24,000 bases of DNA from Deltaproteobacteria bacterium (GTDB lineage: Bacteria > Desulfobacterota > Desulfarculia > Adiutricales > JAGVGV01). Of this stretch, positions 14,793 to 20,984 are shown piece after piece; the stretch's first letter is position 1; each line of letters begins with the position of its first letter. The DNA is taken from contig JAGVGV010000387.1 in the NCBI GenBank assembly GCA_020056895.1, positions 1 to 24,000 of the forward strand. The letters run 5' to 3'. A program made the translations under genes and the position numbers. The notes beneath the pieces are model-generated. The model was not told the origin of the DNA and ran no database searches. It saw only the letters and a list, made by a program, of their open reading frames with translations.

Positions 14793-14823
14793 GTTGCTTG
14801 AAACCTCACTGGTTTCCGGCAAC
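14793..14823. promoter_or_regulatory. Operator pair GTTGCTTGAAAC / GTTTCCGGCAAC upstream of the Replic_Relax gene
   Basis: 12-mers at 14793-14804 and 14812-14823, 15-45 nt upstream of the ATG at 14778 (minus strand). Confidence 0.5.
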
Positions 14824-14941
14824 AGCTGGTTATGGCCTGAAGTCAGGCGATTTTATAAATTGGGTTCCGACGCCAGCCGGCGGACGCGCGTGGAGCCGAA
14901 GCGAGTTCCTCCGCAAGATCGGTCGTCTCGGGGAATCGAGG

Positions 14942-14998
14942 TCGTCCGCCAACGTGTCGTTTTTAGCCCCCAGAAGGGCCGCAGGCGCGCTTTCGGGG
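14942..14998 (+). repeat. Diverged direct repeat R1 (pairs with 15838-15894)
   Basis: The 57-nt alignment has 44 identities. See the finding on the codon-periodic substitution pattern. Confidence 0.7.
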
Positions 14999-15837
14999 TC
15001 ATCGGGTAATTTTGGGTTGCCTTTGGCCGTCTCGACGCGTCCTGGGGCATTCTGGCGCGTTTGGCGGGTCACTTGTCAAAGGAAGGGGCCGCTTCCGGAT
15101 CGCCGTCCGGGTGTCCCCTCTCTTCGCCCAGGGCGTAAGTTTCTTTTGGCCGTTTGGCTTCCAGCCGGTTTTTGGCCTTGAACGATACGCTTGGCGGAAG
15201 CCGGTGGCGGATATACCGCCAGCCGGGCCGCTTCGGCCGCCGGTGAAGCCCGAACGGCCGTCGGCTTCGCGGTCGCGTTTTTTGAGCCTGGCTCAGAGAG
15301 TAAAGCCCGTAGCCGTCTGAAGCCGGTCGTTAAGCCTGTACCGCCAGGTGGCCAGTTAAAAAGCCGGGGTTCCGCTGTTTTGGCGGACAGCCGGTCCAAA
15401 GCCAGTGCCCGCCGTCACCAGCGAAGCGCGTGACCTCGCCCTTCTCACCCAGCCGGTCAGTCCTCGGCCGCCCAGTGGCGGTTGAGGGCAGGCTGGGCGC
15501 AAGCTCGGCCAGCGCCGGTTGCCGTCCCTCGTTTAGGCGAGGGGGGGCAACTTGAGGCGAGTAGAGGACGAGGGGGAAGGGCGAGGTCACGCGGTAGCGG
15601 GACGGCGGGCAGGCAGTTCGACCGACCGGTAGGCGGGCTTCTCAAGCCGGCAATCGCCGGCACGCCCTTTATCTCTAAGTGGCGATAGACACTTCAAGCC
15701 CGGCGGTAGCCGGTTGCTTTGTTATCAATCCGGGAACGGGCGGCGAACTTTCGCCGCTCGTGTTAAGCCCAGTCGGGAATGAGTCCGGCAGCGGTTACGG
15801 GGGGTGTAGTTTTTGCTATCTGGATGATGGGTTGACA

Positions 15838-15894
15838 TCGTTCGCCAGAGGGTCGTTTTTGGCCTTCAGGATGGCCGTAGACGCGCCTTGGGGG
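15838..15894 (+). repeat. Diverged direct repeat R2 (pairs with 14942-14998)
   Basis: TCGTTCGCCAGAGGGTCGTTTTTGGCCTTCAGGATGGCCGTAGACGCGCCTTGGGGG aligns with R1, 896 bp to its left. Confidence 0.7.
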
Positions 15895-16005
15895 CTGGCA
15901 AGTTAGTTCCTTGCTTTAATGCGTTCAGGGCGCTTGTCTGACTGATTAGGTTACAGCGCTTAAACTATCCCTTACGGTCAAGTTATCTTATTGAATTATA
16001 AACTA

Positions 16006-16116
16006 AAAAGTCATCATCATCAATTCTTTGGCTGTTGGAGAAAGCCATTTAGTTAAGTATACCTCCTAGGTTGGTACAGATGATGATGACTTTTAATTAC
16101 TTTTAATTACTTTTAA
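16006..16116. repeat. AT-rich origin-flanking structure: 16-bp inverted repeat plus 2.8 tandem copies of ACTTTTAATT (candidate DNA-unwinding element)
   Basis: AAAAGTCATCATCATC (16006-16021) pairs with GATGATGATGACTTTT (16079-16094). Tandem 10-mers run 16089-16116. Confidence 0.6.
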
Positions 16117-16149
16117 GGGGCCAAAAAGCCCAATAAAATCAAGGGGCAG

Positions 16150-16375
16150 AGGGTGCGAAATGCGACATCCTTGGGACGAACTACGACAACTTTGGGACGA
16201 AATGCGACTATTTTGGGATGAAAAATGGGTGAAATGCGACAGTTTTGGGACGAAATGCGACTATGGTATGGAATTGTCGTATTTGGTTCAAATGCGACAG
16301 TTTTGGGACGAGTGAAATGAAAAAACGGTATGGCGATGATATGCGACAATGGCATTGACTAATCGCATTTCATTG
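16150..16375. repeat. Iteron array of a theta-type origin (oriV)
   Basis: The core AAATGCGAC occurs at 16158, 16200, 16232, 16253 and 16290. Two perfect 18-mers TTTGGGACGAAATGCGAC lie at 16191-16208 and 16244-16261. Degenerate copies are at 16171-16187, 16302-16319 and 16341-16349. Inverted copies are at 16276-16284 and 16363-16370. The array sits directly upstream of the rep gene. Confidence 0.8.
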
Positions 16376-16411
16376 GATAGAATAATGGAAAGAAGCAATT
16401 AACTGCTTAAT

Positions 16412-17887
16412 ATGTTTAATAAAACAAACGCATCCAAGGGGGGTGATTTCATCCTTACCATTGAAACCCTGAAAAAAATCGAAGACGGCCACAAGGTGGT
16501 AACCGGCAATGACCTCATTATCAAGGCCCAATTGCCGGTTTTAACTGTGCAAGAGCAGCGGCTTGTCTTGTATATGCTGGCCATGGTGGAACAGCATGAT
16601 GAAGACTTCAAGACCTATGCGATCTCCATAAAAGAGTTGAAAAAGGTGTTAGAAGTCACTAGCCAGAATATCTATAAGGAGTTTGAAAAAGCCACGGATG
16701 GCTTAATGACCAAATTGATAAAGTGGATAGAAGCACCCTACACTGAAGACGAGGAATTAAAAAAAGTGGCCTGGTGCTCGTTTGCCGGGGTACGGCGCGG
16801 CTTGGTCAAGCTTCGCTTCGACCCAGCTTTGAAACCATTCCTCCTCGATCTTAAGAATAATTTTACACAAATGGAATTACGGGCGGTTATAAGGCTCAAA
16901 AATCATTATTCGCTAAGGCTCTACCAGTTTATCAAGTATTGGCAAGGGCATTATAAAAGCAACTCAGCGGCTGTTCAAATTGACTGGCTAAAGCAATATT
17001 TAGGAATTCTGCCGACCGAATACACCCGGTTTAATGATTTTATAAAAAAACTAATAATACCGGCCCAGAAAAATATTGCTGAAGTAACCGATATTCAATT
17101 TACCTTTGAAGCCAAAAAGGAACCAGGGAATCGCAAGCATACCCAAATTGAGTTTACTTGGGAAAAGAACCCCCGGTACAATCAACTTTCCCTATTTACC
17201 CCGGAAATGGAACGGCAGTTTTTAAGACAGGAGAGCGAAGCGGAAGGCGGTATTTCACTGGATCAACCGCCTATCGAATTCGATAACCCGCTCGCCAATG
17301 ATCTAATCGCCGCCACGCAAATCGGCTCAGAAAAGGCCTTGAAGCTGCTATCCCTTCATGGTGAAGAGATTATAAAAACAGCGATTGAGGATTTGAAAAT
17401 CATCATCGCGGTGAAAAAGGAACGTGGCGAGGATATGCCCAATCCAGCCGGTTATTTTCAATCATTGCTACCCAAAAAAGGAGAAAAATACCAGCCATCA
17501 AATTACTATCTTTTGCATAAAAAAAAGGAACAAGAAGAAAAACGAAGAAAAGAGAAAGAAGAAAAAGCCAGGCAAGAAGCGGAAAAAGTCAGACGGGAAG
17601 AATGGCTTAAAAGACAGTATGAAGCGTATATTGACAGCGGAATCGCAACCTTTAAAGCTACGCTTTCCGCCGAAGAATTAAGCGACTCTGAACAACGGGC
17701 AAAAGAAGAAGTTGATAAAATGGATGGTATAGAAAACCTCCGCCGTTTTGGAGTTGAAAAGACATTTATAAAAAGCAAATTGAACCAAATTATTCGGGAA
17801 AAAGCCGGGCTTCCTTCCTTCGAAGAATGGCAAAAACAAGTAGCTCAAAATAACAAGACAAAGAAGGCTATGAAAAACCCCAATTAA
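16412..17887 (+). CDS. Rep_3-type (RepB/RepE/pi-like) plasmid replication initiator with a long C-terminal extension
   Basis: N-terminal family pattern: GNDLIIKAQLPVLTVQEQRLVLYMLAMV..DFKTYAISIKELKKVL and LKNHYSLRLYQFIKYW. Iterons lie upstream. At 491 aa it has a K/E-rich coiled C-terminal half. Confidence 0.82.
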   Translation: MFNKTNASKGGDFILTIETLKKIEDGHKVVTGNDLIIKAQLPVLTVQEQRLVLYMLAMVEQHDEDFKTYAISIKELKKVLEVTSQNIYKEFEKATDGLMTKLIKWIEAPYTEDEELKKVAWCSFAGVRRGLVKLRFDPALKPFLLDLKNNFTQMELRAVIRLKNHYSLRLYQFIKYWQGHYKSNSAAVQIDWLKQYLGILPTEYTRFNDFIKKLIIPAQKNIAEVTDIQFTFEAKKEPGNRKHTQIEFTWEKNPRYNQLSLFTPEMERQFLRQESEAEGGISLDQPPIEFDNPLANDLIAATQIGSEKALKLLSLHGEEIIKTAIEDLKIIIAVKKERGEDMPNPAGYFQSLLPKKGEKYQPSNYYLLHKKKEQEEKRRKEKEEKARQEAEKVRREEWLKRQYEAYIDSGIATFKATLSAEELSDSEQRAKEEVDKMDGIENLRRFGVEKTFIKSKLNQIIREKAGLPSFEEWQKQVAQNNKTKKAMKNPN

Positions 17888-17922
17888 CATCAGTTAATCG
17901 GGGCATGCTGGAATGCCGGAGA

Positions 17923-18498
17923 TCAGCTTTCCTCCTCTTCCAGCCACATATCGGCCAAATTGATTTCGACCTCGGCGAACGGTTCAGCCCGAACGCGGTC
18001 GTGTTCTCCATATAAACCGATAGCGACCCAACGGCTGCTTTCCAAACGGTAAACTTCCAGGGTTCTATCCACCGGATCGAGCAACCAGATGTATTGGACC
18101 TCAAACCGGCCATATACCGGCATCTTCTTGATCCGGTCATAACCCCGGGTGTTGGGTGACAGAATCTCGCAAACCCAGTCGGGTGGGACGGTCGTCCAGT
18201 TCTTTTTGGGCAACTTGGGCAAGCGCTCTTTTTTCCAGCCGGCCAAGTCCGGCACGAGCAGATTTTCGCCCAACATCACTTCTGGTTCTATCAGGATGAT
18301 CCACCCGCCCGGGCCGCCACCCCGGCCAAAGCGATACGGCGGAGCTAATTCTCCGCTTAAGGCGGATTCGATGTTGCTGTGGCGGTAATGCGGTCGAGGG
18401 AAAGCGTGCAGTTCGCCATCAATAATCTCGCCCGTCATGTTTGGCGGTAGCTTATAAAGGTCATCATAGACAGCCTCCCTTTTTTCTGGCAGGGACAT
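17923..18498 (-). CDS. Uma2-family (DUF820) endonuclease, paralog 2
   Basis: Same motif set as 5089-5655: GEIIDGELHAFPRPHYRHS, GGWIILIEPEVMLGENLLVPDLAGW, PDWVCEILSPNT. An AGGAGG SD is present. Confidence 0.85.
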   Translation of the reverse strand: MSLPEKREAVYDDLYKLPPNMTGEIIDGELHAFPRPHYRHSNIESALSGELAPPYRFGRGGGPGGWIILIEPEVMLGENLLVPDLAGWKKERLPKLPKKNWTTVPPDWVCEILSPNTRGYDRIKKMPVYGRFEVQYIWLLDPVDRTLEVYRLESSRWVAIGLYGEHDRVRAEPFAEVEINLADMWLEEEES

Positions 18499-18522
18499 GT
18501 TCTCCTCCTTTCCAAGGAGTCA

Positions 18523-18538
18523 GTTCGGCGCGCCGAAC
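18523..18538. promoter_or_regulatory. parS-like palindrome, variant (GTTCGGCGCGCCGAAC)
   Basis: A 16-bp perfect palindrome sharing the TCGGCGCGCCGA core with the two sites at 19341 and 20677. Confidence 0.4.
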
Positions 18539-18574
18539 AAAATGGAAAAATTCCAGTTGTCTGAGAAAAAACAC

Positions 18575-18982
18575 CTACGGATTCAATTTTGAAAGAAGCT
18601 GTTTAAAATCGGGGGGCTGTGTCCACACGACCTGGATGATCCCTGGTGCCCGCATGCCGCATATTTCAATTATTCTGGTATCGCCGGGGTAGTGTTTTTT
18701 CTTATACGCCATAAGCTCCTTAATCATCGTCTTCCAATTATTGTGTCGGAGCTCATCCCAAAACGAGGGCAGGGAATCTTCAAACTCTTTTAGAGTTGAT
18801 CGGCAATCCGCGTCGCGGATGGGCTCGCCCAGGGAGCGGTTCCATGCAACATGGGACAATAAAAGCGCGGCATGGGTGGCTTCAGAGGAAGGGTCGGCAG
18901 AGGGATTTTTGAAGAGCGTTAAGGACATTTCCTTGACGATTTCCGACATTTTTTTCAGCGATTTTTTTCTTGCCACAAACAC
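18575..18982 (-). CDS. Hypothetical protein (135 aa) downstream of parB
   Basis: An uninterrupted ORF with a GTG start, an AGGAG about 10 nt upstream, and protein-like composition. No motif recognised. Confidence 0.5.
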   Translation of the reverse strand: MFVARKKSLKKMSEIVKEMSLTLFKNPSADPSSEATHAALLLSHVAWNRSLGEPIRDADCRSTLKEFEDSLPSFWDELRHNNWKTMIKELMAYKKKHYPGDTRIIEICGMRAPGIIQVVWTQPPDFKQLLSKLNP

Positions 18983-19039
18983 CCCCTGTAATCTCCTGGA
19001 TTGAGGCTACTCATTGCCCTGAACCGAATACGCAACAAG

Positions 19040-19912
19040 CTATTCCGGCTGAGTGCCCGAAATCAAGTCATCCAGCCGGTCGCGTAGCTGTTGCAGATTG
19101 TCCAGTAAAGCAGCCCGCTCTTCAATCTCCATGGTATCCCAGGTTAGTTTTCCAAGCGATTGGGAAAAGCGGTCAATCGCGAAAAGCATGGCCACGGCTT
19201 GTCCTTGCGCCTCTTTGCCCTTCGACCTGGTGATTTCCCTCACCTGGTCGCCCTTCAGGCCGCCCAATCTGACTCGGGAAAACAGGGCCAGCATGGCCTT
19301 TTCCGACTTCTGCTTGGCCACTTCCACCAAAATTCGCCTGGGAATGTCGGCGCGCCGACATTCCTCTCTCAAGGCCGCCGGTAGCCTGGTCAAACTTAGG
19401 ACTTCCGTAACGGTTGTTCGGGCTTTACCCACGGCCTGGGCAAGTTGCTCTTGAGTGTAACCATGCTGCTCGATCATTTCCCGGAAGGCTTCGGCTTCCT
19501 CAATCGGCTTCAGGTTTTCTCTCTGGATGTTTTCAATCAGGGAAATTTCTCGGGGGTTGCCCTTGCTGATGATAGCGGGAATGCTTTCCAATCCGGCAAT
19601 TTTAGATGCCCGCCAGCGCCGCTCGCCGGCCACCAAAAGGAAGCGATTGGCCTGTTCAGGCATGGCCCGAACGATTACGGGCTGCAAAACCCCGTTTTGT
19701 TTGATCGACTGGCTCAGCTCTTCCAGCGCCTGCTCGTCAAAGGTTTTTCTTGGCTGGCCCGGATCGGGACTGATCGCCTCCAGGGGAAGCTGGTAAAACG
19801 CCCCGTCCGAATAGTTGTTCAGGCTGGCCGGATGGTCAGGCTCCAGGGCCGGGGCGTTGCCCAGCTTGCTGTGTTTGCCTTCTAATTTTTTTCTGATGTC
19901 TGATTTTGCCAT
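19040..19912 (-). CDS. parB: ParB/Spo0J-family centromere-binding protein
   Basis: The ParB N-domain with arginine patch LVAGERRWRAS is present, as is the HTH region YTQEQLAQAVGKARTTVTEVLSL. Confidence 0.9.
   Translation of the reverse strand: MAKSDIRKKLEGKHSKLGNAPALEPDHPASLNNYSDGAFYQLPLEAISPDPGQPRKTFDEQALEELSQSIKQNGVLQPVIVRAMPEQANRFLLVAGERRWRASKIAGLESIPAIISKGNPREISLIENIQRENLKPIEEAEAFREMIEQHGYTQEQLAQAVGKARTTVTEVLSLTRLPAALREECRRADIPRRILVEVAKQKSEKAMLALFSRVRLGGLKGDQVREITRSKGKEAQGQAVAMLFAIDRFSQSLGKLTWDTMEIEERAALLDNLQQLRDRLDDLISGTQPE
19341..19364. promoter_or_regulatory. parS-like 24-bp perfect palindrome inside parB
   Basis: GGAATGTCGGCGCGCCGACATTCC. Its central 18 bp are identical to the site at 20677-20694. 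Confidence 0.5.
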
Positions 19913-20661
19913 AGGTTTGAAAACTCCTCGACCAGGGCCTTGTAATCTTGAGCGCCCGAACAGTCGCTCTTGAAGCTGAAAATCGGCTCCTGGGCCATCT
20001 GGGCTTGATTCAAGGCCTCATTCCGGCGGATTGAGGTTTGGAAGATTAGTGATTTATAAGGTTCAAGTTGCTGAAAGACCCAATCATTGCTTACTTTGTT
20101 CCGGCTGTCATATTTGGTCAGGAGGATTCTTATAAAACCCTCTTTCGGGCCGTTATTGCCCTTGACGTGTTCAATCGTCTCCATCAGGTCGGCGAAGCCG
20201 TCCAGGGCGTAGCGCCCCATCTCGCAAGGTACGACGATGAAACTCGAAGCGTACAAGGCGTTGATGGTTAGGGTTCCCAACGTCGGCCGGCAATCGATTA
20301 CGATATGGTCATAGCCCAATCCGGCCAGGGCTCGCTTGAGAAACGATTCCCGAAAAAACTCGGTGTTGAGCTGCTGTTCGATCTTGTCCAGGCGGATATG
20401 AGCCGGCGCGATGAAGAGTCCATCCACATTGGTGGGCAGAACGATTTCCTGAATAGTTTTCTTTTTAGCCAGTACATCGCCGATGGACGCCTGGAAGCTT
20501 CCCGGCTCGATACCGACCCCGATGGTGGAATGGGCCTGGGGATCTAGATCAACCAGAAGTACCCGATCCCCCCGCAAGGCCAAGCCGGCCGCGAAGTTGA
20601 TCGAGGTGGTGGTCTTGCCGACTCCACCCTTTTGATTGATGACCGCAATGAGGTGTTTCAT
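19882..20661 (-). CDS. parA: ParA/Soj-family partition ATPase
   Basis: I place the start at MKHLIAVINQKGGVGKTTTS (ATG 20661; deviant Walker A). The longer track ORF would overlap the Phd gene in another frame. The 3' end overlaps the parB start by 31 nt. Confidence 0.9.
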   Translation of the reverse strand: MKHLIAVINQKGGVGKTTTSINFAAGLALRGDRVLLVDLDPQAHSTIGVGIEPGSFQASIGDVLAKKKTIQEIVLPTNVDGLFIAPAHIRLDKIEQQLNTEFFRESFLKRALAGLGYDHIVIDCRPTLGTLTINALYASSFIVVPCEMGRYALDGFADLMETIEHVKGNNGPKEGFIRILLTKYDSRNKVSNDWVFQQLEPYKSLIFQTSIRRNEALNQAQMAQEPIFSFKSDCSGAQDYKALVEEFSNLWQNQTSEKN

Positions 20662-20676
20662 GGTCGTGGTTCCTTG

Positions 20677-20694
20677 ATGTCGGCGCGCCGACAT
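20677..20694. promoter_or_regulatory. parS-like 18-bp perfect palindrome between the phd-like gene and parA
   Basis: ATGTCGGCGCGCCGACAT, 16 nt upstream of the parA ATG. Confidence 0.5.
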
Positions 20695-20701
20695 TGGATA
20701 A

Positions 20702-20896
20702 TTATTTAATATTAGCGATTTTTTCCTTCTTGAGCTCTTGCAGGAGCTTGTAGTCCTCCATGGAAATGATGGCCACAATGGGCTTGCCGGCTCGCTCGAC
20801 CACATAGGCGTCGCCTCGGATCGAGACTTCATTCATGATTTGCCCCAGGCCCTGCCGGGCCTTGAGGGCGGAAATGGTTTTGGCACTGTCCGGCAT
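20702..20896 (-). CDS. Phd/YefM-family antitoxin-like protein (64 aa), no toxin gene adjacent
   Basis: I place the start at MPDSAKTISALKARQGLGQIMNEV (ATG 20896, GGAG SD). The pattern ..YVVERAGKPIVAIISMEDYKLLQE is typical of Phd/YefM. Confidence 0.75.
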   Translation of the reverse strand: MPDSAKTISALKARQGLGQIMNEVSIRGDAYVVERAGKPIVAIISMEDYKLLQELKKEKIANIK

Positions 20897-20914
20897 AGGC
20901 GCTCCTATATTGGT

Positions 20915-20927
20915 TAGTATGATACTA
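20915..20927. promoter_or_regulatory. Operator-like palindrome TAGTAT-G-ATACTA at the predicted transcription start
   Basis: A 6-1-6 palindrome between the -10 box and the SD of the phd-like gene. Confidence 0.4.
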
Positions 20928-20933
20928 TAAGTT

Positions 20934-20961
20934 ATTATAATTGATTTGAGAATGTTGTCAA
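20934..20961 (-). promoter_or_regulatory. Consensus sigma70 promoter of the phd-parA-parB operon
   Basis: The minus strand reads TTGACA (20961-20956), a 16-nt spacer, then TATAAT (20939-20934). Confidence 0.6.
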
Positions 20962-20984
20962 ATCGGCAACCGATGGCCCCAATT

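Noticed and set aside
14785-15009. Annotating a 74-aa CDS starting at ATG 14785, divergent from the Replic_Relax gene
   Set aside because: Its start would lie 7 bp from the divergent gene's start, with the operator pair inside the coding region and no room for promoters. Only the 3' part shows a coding-like signal, so I report it as a finding rather than as a feature.
11472-15394. Recurrence of the 7-mer GGCGGAC/GTCCGCC in the structured intergenic regions, considered as a shared motif
   Set aside because: For ~60% GC I estimate about 7 chance occurrences of such a 7-mer on both strands of 24 kb. The recurrence is therefore not significant by itself. It is only meaningful where it forms the verified stems.
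16113-16355. 80-aa minus-strand ORF; I also considered reading the repeats as a CRISPR-like array
   Set aside because: The ORF is an artefact of translating the iterons. The repeats are 18-22 bp, have irregular and partly absent spacers, include inverted copies and abut a Rep_3 gene. They are iterons, not CRISPR.
20662-20832. N-terminal extension of ParA in the ORF track (316 aa)
   Set aside because: It overlaps the Phd/YefM gene in another frame and crosses the parS-like palindrome. The ParA family start MKHLIAVINQKGGVGKTT at 20661 is the sensible start.
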